DNA of 64,000 nucleotides from NCBI GenBank assembly GCA_951406725.2, contig OX597838.1, positions 8,122,001 to 8,186,000 of the forward strand, written 5' to 3'. Positions within the stretch are counted from its first letter, which is position 1; each line of letters begins with the position of its first letter. Below the pieces are notes generated by a model. It was not told where the DNA came from, searched no databases, and was given only the letters and a program-made list of their open reading frames with translations. The position numbers and the translations under genes were made by a program. Positions 25,181 through 40,095 of the stretch are shown in pieces. Source of the DNA: Octopus vulgaris (lineage: Eukaryota).

Positions 25181-25505
25181 GACGTTACAGCTGAAACATC
25201 AGCCAACCAATCACGAAGCAAATAAGCAATGATATAAGAAAACAATAAGAAAACAAAATGGACGCTGTGTTGCGCTAACAGAAAGTATTTCTGTTATAAC
25301 AGCCTCTGTTAGAGCAATGTAGTGAGGACTGTTTTGCTTACGATAGTTCATCTGTGGCGTAATGATAATTAATCTGGAGCAGAGAAGTCTGAATCAGAAA
25401 TGGCTGCAAGGAAAGCAACAGTCCCACCGGGTTCTGTTTCTGCTGTTAAGCACCCCCAAATGTCACCCTCAGTGTTATGCCAATATCGGCGGAATAGGCT
25501 ACCTG

Positions 25506-26106
25506 TTTCTTTACTACCCACAAGGGGCTAAACACAGAGAGGACAAGCAAGTACAGACAAACAGATTAAGTCGATTACATCGACCCCAGTGCGTAACTGG
25601 TACTTAATTTATCGACCCCGAAAGGATGAAAAGCAAAGTTGACCTCGGCGGAATTTTAACTCAGAACGTAACGGCAGACGAAATACCTATTTCTTTATTA
25701 CCCACAAGGGGCTAAACATAGAGGGGGCAAACAAGGACAGACAAAGGTATTAAGTCGATTATATCGACCCCTGTGCGTAACTGGTACTTATTTAATCGAC
25801 CCGAAAGGATGAAAGACAAAGTCGACCTCGGCGGAATTTGAACTCAGAACGTAACGGTAGACGAAATAGCTATTTCTTTATTACCCACAAGGAGCTAAAC
25901 ACAGAGGGGACAAACAAGGACAGATAAACGGATTAAGTCGATTACATCGACTCCCAGTGCGTAACTGGTACTTATTTAATCGACCCCGAAAGGATGAAAG
26001 GCAAAGTCGACCTCGGCGGGATTTGAACTCAGAACGTAGCGGCAGACGAAATACCGCTAAGCATTTCACCCGGCGTGCTAACGATTCTGCCAGCTCGCTG
26101 CCTTAA
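25506..26106 (-). mobile_element. Tandem trimer of SINE family A within one 15-bp TSD
   Basis: TSD ggaataggctacctg at 25491-25505 and 26107-26121; three about 180-bp body+tail units with one head. Confidence 0.88.
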
Positions 26107-27063
26107 GGAATAGGCTACCTGAGGACCTATAAGGTGTAAAGATGTTAATGTGATCGTCTTCAGAAACATGAAACGCAAACATCTCTCTCCCTCACACATG
26201 CGCACGCATACGCACAGAAACTAGAGTGAGGACGGCTATACTGAATGCAATCGTCACACCGATTATTACGTGTCCCCACTGGAACCGTGGATTTTATGCC
26301 AATGTTGGCCTAATATGTCACCTGAGGGATCAGAAATAGTAAACTTGCTTATCTGGGCCTCTTCAGTGACATGAAGGACGAACATCCGACTAGCGCCCAC
26401 CGTGGGATAATGAGCGTTCGGTGAGTCAAATGATTATGATAGGTCGGGCTGGGGTAAAAAGTAGTGAACAAGAACAAATGGGTGTGGTGTAGGGGGGGTG
26501 GCGGCGGCGGCGGCGGCGGCGGTGGTGGTGGTGGTGGTTGGGTGGTGGTTGGGTGGTGGTCTTGGTGGTGGTGGTAGTTGGGTGGTGGTGGTGGTGGTTG
26601 GGTGATGGTCGTATGCAACAGGTTTTGGAGTTGTTTGTTCCTTTGTTTTTGTTTGTTAGTTTGTTTGTGTTTACGATTCCACCCTGTGGTGGCGAAAGGA
26701 ATTGGGACGATGGGAGTATTTTATTTTGCACCCCGCCCACTTACAAGAAGTCGAATCAGAGAGAGAGGGGGGTGGATGTTGATGATGGTGATGATGGTGA
26801 TGATGATGATGAGGAGGAGGAGGAGGAGGAGGAGTTTTCTGTTTTCAAATTTTGGCTCATGACAAGCAATTTCCAAGGTACGGGTACAGATGATAGCACT
26901 GGTTTTTGATTCATTTTATCCATCCCTCGCGGTTAGAAAACCAAAGCGGAACTAGTCGAGATTTGAACTCGGAGCAAACAAGAACCCGAAGAAACGGAGC
27001 TAGGCATTTTGTGATGACACCCCAATGATTCCATGATTCTTCCAACTACATAAATATATATAT

Positions 27064-27133
<70 letters not shown>

Positions 27134-27134
27134 G

Positions 27135-27166
<32 letters not shown>

Positions 27167-27300
27167 AATGTATATATAGATAGATAGATAAATCTATATA
27201 TACATACATATATATATGTGTATATGTATATATTTATATATATATATACATATAGATAAACAGATATATATATATGTGTATATATATATATGTATGTATG

Positions 27301-27372
<72 letters not shown>

Positions 27373-27454
27373 TAGATACATACATACATACATATATATG
27401 TATATATGTATATATTTATATATATATATATACAAATATAGATAAACAGATATA

Positions 27455-27510
<56 letters not shown>

Positions 27511-28166
27511 CATGTATGTATGTATTATGTATATATTCGCAACTCGATAGCTTCTGTAAGATTAATGTGTCAAACCCAGCAGGCGGTCAGTCGGTCAGTT
27601 TGAGAGACCCTACGAAGGTTAGGTAGCATGGCCATTTGGTCATCTCAAGTAGATAACAATTTGATTAGGACACCCTTGACAATCCTCTGCTTCGTTTCAA
27701 ACACGATTCCCTGTCTGTCGTCGCCATTTTGTGCAAACGTGTGTGCATTTATATTTGCATTTTTATATGGACAAATATATGTGTTTGTGTGAGTGGATGT
27801 GTGTGTGTGTATGTGTGCATACATGCATATATACATATGTGCATACATGCTCACATATATATTTATATATGCATACAAACGCATACACGCACAAATGCAG
27901 GCGCACACACACACTTATAGGGTTATGGCTCTTAGAAAAAGCGTATATATTTGTAAGTAAACATACATACATACATACGTACATATAAATTTGCTTATTT
28001 TCACAAAAGTGTGTGTGTTTCGATGAATGCGTATATGTGTGTGTGTGTATAACAAAAAATATGAATACATATGATGTCTTTATGTATCTCTGTCTTTCCT
28101 TTCTATCTGTATCTTTATATTTACACACACACACACACACACACATACATATAGATAAATAGATAG

Positions 28167-28206
<40 letters not shown>

Positions 28207-28217
28207 GTTTATAGATG

Positions 28218-28255
<38 letters not shown>

Positions 28256-28375
28256 AAGAAAGAAAAATAGGGGAGGGAGAGAGAATTAGAAAGGCAGATA
28301 TACAAGCACATATACATGCATATACATACACATATGCATATATATACATATACATATATACATACATACATATAT

Positions 28376-28477
<102 letters not shown>

Positions 28478-29016
28478 GTGGTTAGCCAGACAGTGTCCAA
28501 AACCAGCTGGTCTTGGCACGGACACTGACCACCTTCAAATCTCTTTACAGCCAACGACATCGAGGAGGTCAATTGATAGCCAGGATGTCGGTCACGTGTG
28601 CGTCTGTGTCTCTGCTTTCACTTACAATAGGTTTTCAAACACCAACCACCTAACCAACCATCTCGCCAGCCCCTTCACCGATCCAGATCTTTCGTCTTTC
28701 ATAAAATTCACCAGGGCCAAATATGAAAACCGCTGGGGAAGTCAGTTCCCTAAATATTTCGGTATTTTGCGCCAACAACTCAGGAACTTTTGTTTTTTTT
28801 TTTTGTTCAATGTTATATTTTCAATTTCCAGACAAAATTGGTTACCAACATAACCAATGACCCCTTTTATTATTATATTCTACTGTATTAATTTTCCCTT
28901 GGCCTCTACAGTTTTCGGAAAGATTTGTCTTCTTCAATAGTATAATTTTATTAACTAACAACTGTCTCGTTCCCTGTTAAATCATGTGCACACACACACA
29001 CACACACACACACAGA

Positions 29017-29059
<43 letters not shown>

Positions 29060-29182
29060 TGTATACATACATATATATATATATTGCATTGTTTATACCA
29101 TTTATTCTTTTGAATAGTATCAGTGGAATTTTCGAAACATGTGTCGAAAGTAAAAATATTTGATTACACCTGCGTTAACTCC

Positions 29183-29281
<99 letters not shown>

Positions 29282-29374
29282 CGTATATATATACCGGAGT
29301 ATATATAGATCAGAGAAGGGGATGGTGAGCTGGTTGGTTAGGTGGTTGGTGTTTAAAAAATTTTGTTTTTAACT

Positions 29375-29422
29375 AAACTGTCCGACGAACGGAAACGTGA
29401 AACTCCGAGTAACAGGTTTTGT
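29375..29422 (+). ncRNA. Type I hammerhead-like motif with CCGACGA (U4C) core, copy 1
   Basis: AAACUGU, CCGACGA, ACG-GAAA-CGU, GAA, ACUCCGAGU, A17, ACAGGUUU. Second copy at 37044-37096. Confidence 0.5.
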
Positions 29423-29447
29423 TGAATTTCTGCTGCTTCTAAATAAA

Positions 29448-29490
<43 letters not shown>

Positions 29491-29631
29491 GTGTGTGTAT
29501 GTATGTATGTATGTATATGTATATATTAGATAATAAATGGTATGGTATACACCTGGTAGCTTACCAGTAAAGCACGTTTACTTTCACAGTGTTCATTTGG
29601 ATATTTGATTAATGGTAGAGAATGTTTATTG

Positions 29632-29737
29632 ATCACTACAATTGTTTCGACTCATCTGGCATCGATCCCTCACCGGTGGAATACCGAACAACTGGTTTAA
29701 GTGTTTCCGTCGGTGTAGATGTGTCTCTTCAGGTGAT
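29632..29737 (-). ncRNA. Type I hammerhead ribozyme candidate, canonical core, long stem II
   Basis: AUCAC, CUGAAGA, GAC-a-CAUCU...AGAUG-a-GUC, GAA, ACAAUUGU (palindromic stem III), A17, GUGAU. AAUAAA follows immediately; sits in an about 305-bp island (29525-29832) flanked by (TA)n. Confidence 0.72.
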
Positions 29738-29831
29738 TACAAGATATACGTCGTTAAAATAGACTCCGTTCCGCAAGTTTTCTCCTCAGTATGTGTAGAT
29801 AAAAGCAGTAAATTATGGGATTCAGCTGCAT

Positions 29832-29894
<63 letters not shown>

Positions 29895-30164
29895 GTGTGT
29901 GTATATTGGCAGGTAAATAAATAGATAACTAAATAACGTTGTTGCTGCTGTTACATTCTTAAATTACAAGCCACAGCAATAAACACCGGCTCTATATTTA
30001 AGGTCTTGTCTCTAATTATAGTCTCATCAAAAACTAATGACAAGTTTATAAAATTGTCTGAAAATAGAATATGTTTATGAACGATTTCACACCCTTGGTC
30101 CATCCTTTCCTTATTTCGCTCTCCCTCCCTGACACCTATCTCTCTCTTTCTCTTTCTCTTTCTT

Positions 30165-30202
<38 letters not shown>

Positions 30203-30328
30203 CCTCTCTCTCTTTGATGTTTTGTGTTCATTACTCACTGTAAATGCAAAACGGGTGACCTTTTCTGCTACTTTGGACTTCTGCGTCTTAGTAACAGTTT
30301 AATGTATACATACACACTCCCACATACA

Positions 30329-31100
<772 letters not shown>

Positions 31101-31943
31101 GTGCATATATAACTTAACCCCTCCACCGAAACTGTTGGCTTTGTTCCTAAATTTCAAACCAATATATCACGAATTTAATATATTCATATTGTTACTGATA
31201 TTAATACGTTCAGAAAATGTATTTCTCTTTTTTGTAACGAAATATTCGTAGCTGCAGACTCAGATATAGTTCCATAAATTCTAGTCTTTCTTTCATTAAG
31301 CCCCTACCCTGAGTCTAATATGGAACGTTTTCTCCTAAAAGACAAAACATCTCCATCAGAAGATAGCCGGGATTTACAGAAGGGCTTCATGAGGGCACAT
31401 CTCGGAATTTAATCCGATTCGTAAAATATATCAAGTGATCGACCAGACTATCAGATACTGTTGCACATCGCTGATCACAATGCGCTTTGCATCGTTTCAG
31501 CTTTCGTATGACTAGGCGAGCCGGCCAACAATGCCTCTGACCGGAAGGTCGCAAGGTCCTTCAGTTACAGTTGAGTGGAGTGGAAAAAGGTGAAATGAAG
31601 TCTTTTGCTCAAAAACACAGTGCATTACCGGTTGGAAAAACGAATGAAATACGCAAAATATGGGAAACAGGACACGTAAACACAGAGAAAGGACCCTTCA
31701 TTAGTTGTCGGCTGTCTATCTACTCCTCATTTCGAGCATTCAACAACAATATGAGTATTCAAGGACAGTTGTTCCCATAAATTCTAAAATAAAATTTAGG
31801 ATTTATGGAGGGTCAAAGTTGGAAACAAAAATATATATATATACATTGTGTATATATATACATATTATATAATATATATATTTTATATAAATTATATATA
31901 TATATATATACATACATACATTTAATTATATATATAATTATAT

Positions 31944-31981
<38 letters not shown>

Positions 31982-32024
31982 TATATATGTAATATTAATA
32001 CAATATATATATTCTTTTATTCTT

Positions 32025-32537
<513 letters not shown>

Positions 32538-33127
32538 ATATATATATATTTCTTTTTTTCCATCGTTTGCAAATCCTAATTCATTTATATAATCTGCGTG
32601 TGCGTGTATGTGTGTGTGTGTATGCACGTGCGCCTCTGTGTGCGTGTGTGTGTGTGTGTGAGTGTGGGTGTATGTGTGTGTTTGTACGTGTGAGGCGCGC
32701 ACGCATTTGCGTATCCTTCGCAACTTCTTCCCATCAGTTTCTTCTCCTTTCTGTTCTTCCATCTTCCGCTAATCTCCCGATTTCGTGTCCTTCTCTACAA
32801 ACTCTACACATTCTTCGTCAAGCACCGGTTCCTTTACGCACTTAAGCTCTAAAGAAAACGGTAAATACTCCGAAGTATCGTAATGGCTATGGTGATCTTT
32901 CCCCTCATAATTCTCCATCCTTCGAGAATCTTCCAAATAACTAGTCGCTAATGTCTAAATGTATATTTAAATATTCACAGATTAGACCAATGGAATAATT
33001 CCTTACTAAGTATATAATGTATTCCTGATAAATAGATAGAATGGGAGAGAGAGAGAGAGAAGGGGAGAGAGAGAGATTGATATAAGTATCCCTGCATGTG
33101 TGTGTATAAATGTATGTATATATATAT

Positions 33128-33164
<37 letters not shown>

Positions 33165-34044
33165 CATATCTGTATATACTTATACATACATATATGCATG
33201 TGTGTTTGTGTGTAAGTGCTTCTCTGTACGTGTCTATATGTATATATGTGTGTGTATACGTACGTCATTGATTTTTTTTTTTAGCGTTTTTGGTCTCCAC
33301 GTTTCCTTTTTAATGATATGATAAACACTTGTGCCTCCCCGACAGCGAACACATACTTTACTTATCTCTACACTGCATAGACAGAAATTCTGCCAGACTC
33401 TTTCCTCGTTGCTTCCAAGCAGATTGCGTCTCCACGAATTATCAGAATAACAATCTCTAATCTCGAACATTAGATTATTTTCATTAGAATTGTTAAAGCG
33501 TCAGAAGATGAGCCTTGCGGTATTTGTAACGATTCTTTACATTTCGAGTTCAAATCCCACCTGATTTTCATCCTTTTGGGGGTCGATAATATGACAGCTT
33601 TATTCTGGTTTGAAAGCATCACATTAAAGGCAGCTAATTCCTCCTCTTAAAATTTCTGCTCTTGTGGTGTCGATCATGAAGAACACACCTTTAGTCTTGA
33701 GGTTGTTTATATGGCAACAGAGTTAGAGTGACCAGATATTTTTAAGCTGTTTAGAAGCTTTTGAAGGTAGGTCTCATTGCTTAACGCTAGAAGGAGAATG
33801 GATGTCGTTTTAGATGCACGATGGGATAGCGGAGAGGCTATTCGATAGAAAAAGCGGGTGTAAACTACTCGCAAACATGTTCAAACTTTTCCAGCTGCCG
33901 ACAAATACCCACAGCACTTTTCGAATGTAAAATGGATCATCCAAATCGGATCATCCGGGACGTACCTTGACAGGGCATTTATTAGGTTAGATTCAGAAAT
34001 ACAGTACAAGTTCATAATTCAAAGTAACTGGTCACACAGTTATT

Positions 34045-34440
34045 CTTTTACTTGTTTCAGTCATTTGACTGCAGCCATGCTGGGCCAGCGCTTTTGTCGA
34101 GCAGATCGACCCCAGGACTTATTCTTTGTAAGCCTAGTACTTATGCTGTCGGACTCTTTTGTCGAACCGCAACATTACGGGGACGTAAACACACCAGCAT
34201 CGGTTGTCAAGCAATGTTGGGAGGACAAACACTGACACACAAACACACACATACACACTCACACACATACACACATATACACATACAAAGCATCCCTTAC
34301 AATATTGTAGTGGCTGGCGTTAGGAAGGGCATCCAGGTGTAGAAACGTTGCCAGATCAGATTCGAGCCTGGTGCAGCCGCTGGTTCTCTAGTCTTCAGTC
34401 AAACCGTCAAACCCATGCCAGCATAGAATGCGAACGTTAA

Positions 34441-34495
<55 letters not shown>

Positions 34496-35169
34496 CGATA
34501 TATATATACATATATACGACGGGCTTCTTTCAGTTTCCGTCTACCACATCCATTCACAAGGCTTTAGTCGGCCCCATGCTATACCAGAATACACTTGCCC
34601 AAGGTGCCACGCAGTGTGACTGAACTCGGAACCATGTGAGTGGTAAGCAAGTTACTTACCACACAGCCATTCCTGTGTATGCATATATTTTTTCTTTTTT
34701 ACCTGTTTCAGACAGGAGGGGAAGGAAGTTAGGTTCCTATTTCTAGCAGGACCATAGTCCACCCAGTGACGACATTGTTAATTAACTCTATTTCTAGTGA
34801 TTTATATTTAACCTCCATTCAACCCTGATTTAACAGATCTAAGAACAAAAGCGTGTCAACCGTGACCTTCCCTTCATTTTTAACATCAATGTGTATTTCC
34901 TTTTAATTTTCAAGACTGCAGGGTATAATCTAAGGGAGATTTCTCTCTTTACTCTCTTTTACTCTTTTACTTGTTTCAGTCATTTGACTGCGGCCATGCT
35001 GGAGCACCGCCTTTAGTCGAGCAAATCGACCCCGGGACTTATTCTTTGTAAGCCCAGTACTTATTCTATCGGTCTCTTTTGCCGAACCGCTAAGTAACGG
35101 GGACGTAAACACACCAGTATCGGTTGTCAAGCAATGCTAGAGGGACAAACACAGACACAAACATATACA

Positions 35170-35250
<81 letters not shown>

Positions 35251-35410
35251 GACAGGCTTCTTTCAGTTTCCGTCTACCAAATCCACTCACAAGGCCCTGG
35301 TCGGCCCGAAGGCATAGCAGAAGACACTTGCCCTAGATGCCACGCAGTGGAACTGAACCCGGAACCATGTGGTTGGTTAGCAAGCTACTTACCACACACC
35401 CACTCCTGCT
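34045..35410 (-). mobile_element. Two SINE family B copies (34045-34675, interrupted by another repeat with (GAT)n; 34947-35410)
   Basis: Homology to other family B copies. Confidence 0.8.
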
Positions 35411-35789
35411 GTTTCTAGCATACGCAATGACCACTTGACAAGGCCCTTGTTAGATCGATCTATTAAATGATCTTAACTTTGGTTGAAATTTTGTGATGGC
35501 GACAACATCTCGAGTGTATTTGTTGTCCTAATCCTTTCATTCATTGACATTCTCTTATGCTGACAACATCTCAAGTGTAAAGACGTTTCATGCCTTTTAT
35601 TTAAACACATTTTAACGCTGCTGTAGCTCAGAGGAAACAGACTGTCTTCGTAATTTGTGCATGGCAATGCTACAGCGTAATGGCGAGGCTCGCGGATTAG
35701 GACAGTTTCCTGACTATACAATGCACGGCCACCATTGGGAAAGGTAACCAAAAAAGTGTACAAGAGAATATCTAACATTTATACTATAC

Positions 35790-36630
35790 AATCCGATTAT
35801 AGGCACAAGGCCTGAAACTTTGAGTGAGAGGATTAGCCGAATGCAGTGACCTACGAGCTCAATGGTACATTCTTCATTAATTTCGACAGGATACAAGATA
35901 AAGTCGACTTCAGCAGAATTTGGTTTCTGGACGTAAAAACGGACAAACTGCTGCTAAACATTTTTGTCCGGCATGCAAACGATTCTCCCAGCCTGCTACC
36001 TTATTTTCTCGTTATAAAACAATTTACTGCACCATTTTCCCGTCTAAACTGGAACGATTTCGTTCCCAAGAAACGACTAACGAGTACCTAGTCTCAATAT
36101 CTAATCGTTAGTATGCCGGACAAAATTCTTAGTGGTATTTCGTCCGTCTTCACGTTCTGAGTTCAAATTCCGTCGAGGCAGACTTTGCCTTTCATCCGTT
36201 TGGGGTCGATAAAATAAGTACTTGTTGATTACTGGGGGGCGATAATAGCGACTTACCCCCTCCCCCAAGTTGCTGTCCTTGTGGCAAAATCTGAATCCAA
36301 TATATAATATTCTTTCAAATTTTAGCACAAGGCCAGCAATTTTCAAGAGAACGGGGATCAACCTCAATTCCCCTTCTGAAAAGAAGAATAACAAAGTCGA
36401 CCTCCGTGGATTTTGAATTCAGGATGCAAAGACGGACGAAATAACGATAAGCATTTTCTCCGGCAAGATAAGGATTCTGTCGACTCACAGCCTCAAATGG
36501 TTTTAAATTTCGGCAGAAGGCCAACGGTTTTGGAGAGGAGGGTGAAATCGGTTTCATCAATCCCAGTACTTGACTAACACTCATTTTTTCAACCCCGAAA
36601 AGATGAAGGACAAATGAGACCATCGTGAAG
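35790..36630. mobile_element. Cluster of older SINE A-related copies in both orientations
   Basis: Repeated degenerate gactttgcctttcatcc / gagttcaaattcc motifs. Confidence 0.65.
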
Positions 36631-36759
36631 ATGATTTTCATTGTTTTTCTAATAATGTTCACCATCGCCGTCTGTGTGTCCGTTTTCCGTTCGTTTGTTT
36701 ATTGTTATACGTTGTTCGACTCCTGAAAATATTATTTACATAGCGCAACGCACTCCTTA

Positions 36760-36897
<138 letters not shown>

Positions 36898-37000
36898 GAA
36901 GTAAATATATGGCACAACGAAGTACCGATATTTACTTCTATGTATAATTTTCCCTCACGGGCTATTCTTTACTGGAAAGCAATACTCTCGTATTGCATTA

Positions 37001-37043
<43 letters not shown>

Positions 37044-37044
<1 letters not shown>

Positions 37045-37096
37045 ACAAAACTGTCCGACGAATGGGAACGTGAAACTCCGAGTAACAGCTTTTGTT
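37044..37096 (+). ncRNA. Type I hammerhead-like motif with CCGACGA core, copy 2
   Basis: AACAAAACUGU, CCGACGA, AUG-GGAA-CGU, GAA, ACUCCGAGU, A17, ACAGCUUUUGUU; flanked by (TA)n and followed by AATAAA. Confidence 0.5.
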
Positions 37097-37354
37097 AAAT
37101 TTCTTCTGCTTTTAAATAAAGTATATATATATATTCCTCTCTCTCTCCCAAAAAACGAAGAAAACACACAACAAGAAAAAACTACAATGCGAGGACGTGG
37201 TACATGCAAAGTATTAGCAGACGCTCAGGGGAAGGAAAGAAAAGTGGTTTGACGTTTCGAGCAAAGCCTTTGTTCAGAAACCGGAGACAGTGGGAAGTCC
37301 AAGAGAAAAGGAAGACGGAGGAAAAAAATAGCCAACGATCGAAATATCGTTACA

Positions 37355-37763
37355 TTGTTACAGTCATTTGATTGTGGCCATGCTGCAGCACTGCCTTGAA
37401 GAATTTTAGTCGAAAGAATTGACGCCAGTATTTATTCTCGCATCTTTTGCTGAACAGCTAGATTACGGTGACGTAAACACACAAACACCGGTTGTCAAAC
37501 AGTGGTGATGGACAAACAGAGACACAAAAATACACACATACACACACACATACACAAACACACACACACACACACCTACACATGCACACACACACACACA
37601 AACATATACGATGGGCTTCTTTCAGCTTCCGTCCCAAATTCTTCCACAAAGCTTTGCTCGGCCCTAGGCCATAGCAGCAGACACTTGCCCAAGGTGCCAC
37701 GCAGTGGGACTGAACCTGGAACCATGTGGTTGGGAAGAAAACTTCTTACTACACAGCTACGCC
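37355..37763 (-). mobile_element. SINE family B, diverged
   Basis: Homology to other family B copies. Confidence 0.75.
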
Positions 37764-38531
37764 AGCATTTCAAAAATAATAAAACACTTAGCAAATAACT
37801 AACAAAATACATTCTTATAACTTCTGCTATTAATGTGACCGCATGACTGCCAGACCGGAAGTTAAACACCATTTCCGGTCGACCATTTTGTTTTAACTTA
37901 GTAACCGTTAGACTTTGCAGAAACTGGCATGCTGGGTCAGATCTATTAATTTCGTTAAATTAATTAAGACATCAGTGAAGTACTTGCTAAATATGGTATC
38001 TAAGATTCTTATAACCATCTGACTGTCTGGCTGCAGAAAACCGTTATCACTTGGTTCACTTCATCAATTTTCATAGATTAATTAAACCAACAAAAAAAGG
38101 CAATAAATAATAACAATAACAATAAAAGATTCTTAATTGGATTTTAAATTCATCGTAAAATTAATTGTTACTATTTTTAGTTTGTTTTTTATTGTGTTTA
38201 TCACATTCTGTTCGCAATTAGTCATAACTGATTGCTATTAACAATGTCTATAATCATACGAGCGAAGACAACCTGATAATTGTCGGCGACGCAGCAAGAT
38301 TAAAATATAAAAAAAGCAGAAGGGGGGAAGTGTGTGTGTGTGTGTATGTGTGTCAGTGTGTGTGTGGTAAGAAGTTTGTTATCAAACCACAGTGTTCCGC
38401 GTTCGATCTTACAGCATAGCATCTCGGGTGAGGGTCTTCCATATAGACTGGCACCAACGGAAAAGCGCTATGAAAAGATTCAGTAGATGGAAACTAAAAA
38501 GAAGCCTGTCATGTGTATATATATACACATG

Positions 38532-38580
<49 letters not shown>

Positions 38581-38829
38581 ATATACCATTGACTCTCCAG
38601 TCGTTAGAAAACGTACGAGGGTTCGGTAACCACATAGGATTTGTTTATAGTGATCAAATGTTTGTGTTCACATAAGCTCACTCCCTCTATCAAATCAATA
38701 TTTCCTGTACAGGTGTACCTTGTGCCACATGACATGTGACGAAATGACCGCAGAGCAAAGTGAAATGAAGTGTTTTGCTCAAGAACACAACGTAACACCC
38801 TGTCTGGGAATCAAACCCACGTTCTAACT

Positions 38830-39215
38830 ATAGGCACAACACCTGAGATTTTGGAGGAGGGAGTCAGGCGATTAGATCCACCCCTGTAGTCAACTGGCAC
38901 TTAATTTATCGACCCCCAAAAGAAGAAAGGCAAAGTCGGCCTAGGCGGAATTTGAACTCAGACCGTAAACACAGACGAAATACTTATTTTTTACTGCCCA
39001 CAAGGGGCTACACAGAGGGGACAAACAAGGACAGACAAACGAATTAAGTCGATTATATCGACCCCAGTGCGTAACTGGTACTTAATTTATCGACCCCGAA
39101 AGGATGAAAGGCAAAGTCGACCTCGGCGGAATTTGAACTCAGAACGCAACGGCCGACGAAATACCGCTAACGATTTCGCCCGGCGTGCAAACGACTCTGC
39201 CAGCTCGCCACCTTC

Positions 39216-39276
<61 letters not shown>

Positions 39277-39480
39277 TAATAATAATTGTCACAAAGGCAA
39301 CAAGTTCGGGGCTGGAGCTAAGACGATTACATCGACCCCAGTATTCAACTGGTACTTATTTTTTCGACCTCGGTGGAATTTGAACTCAGAACGTAAAAAA
39401 AAGGAAGAAAAAACAGCCGAAATATTGCGAAACATTTTTGTTTGGCGTGCTAATGATTTCTGCCACATCTCCGCCCAAGC
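38830..39480 (-). mobile_element. Tandem SINE family A copies with (AAT)n
   Basis: Repeated gaccccgaaaggatgaaaggcaaagtcgacctcggcggaatttgaactcag units. Confidence 0.8.
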
Positions 39481-39694
39481 AGCAGCATTCATAACAACAA
39501 CAGGAACAATAAAAACAACAATGTGATTGCACCCTTTGAGTTAAAGACCAACAACGGCAGAAGCAGCAACAACAACAACAGCCACAACAATAGCAAAAAT
39601 GGAAACGGCAGCAGAAATTGCATCGAAAGACAACAGGTTGATGGGGAGAAAAATGGTAAATGAGAGAGAGTGAGAGCGAAAGCAGAGTCAAAAG

Positions 39695-40095
39695 TAGTAG
39701 CTGTAGTAGTGGTGGTGGTGGATGTGGTGGTGGTGGTGGTGGTGGTGGTGATTGTGTTGGTGGTGGTTGTATCAGTAGGAGTTGTAGTAGTAGTGATGGT
39801 GGTGGTGGTGATAGTAGTGGTGGTGATTGTAGTGGTATTGGTGGAGGTTGTAGCAGTACTGGTGGTAGTAGTGGTGGTCGTGATAGTGATATTGGTAGTT
39901 GTTGTAGTGATGATGATGATGGTGTTGGTGGCGGTGATAGTGGTGGTGACGGTAGTAGTGGTGGTGGCAGTGATAGTGGTGGTGGTGGAAGTGGTGGTGG
40001 CGGTGGTACTGGTGTTGATTATAGTGGTGGTAAAGATTGTAGTGATGGTGGTGGTGGTGGTGGCGGTCGTCGTCGTCGTAGTCGTAGTAATAGTC
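39695..40095. repeat. (GGT/GTA/GAT)n trinucleotide array
   Basis: Direct reading; source of the poly-V/T/G ORFs. Confidence 0.92.

Noticed and set aside
25506-26106. Regularly spaced repeats resembling a CRISPR array
   Set aside because: Units are about 180-bp SINE bodies with no unique spacers, no cas genes, and the context is eukaryotic.
26322-26385. Possible first exon MFVLHVTEEAQISKFTISDPS in compatible phase
   Set aside because: Weak donor (GTGACA) and no CPP motif; unsupported.
37246-37282. Minus-strand ggtttctgaacaaaggctttgctcgaaacgtcaaacc
   Set aside because: Hammerhead outline is visible but core position 8 and stem II are broken; treated as a decayed copy, not a ribozyme.
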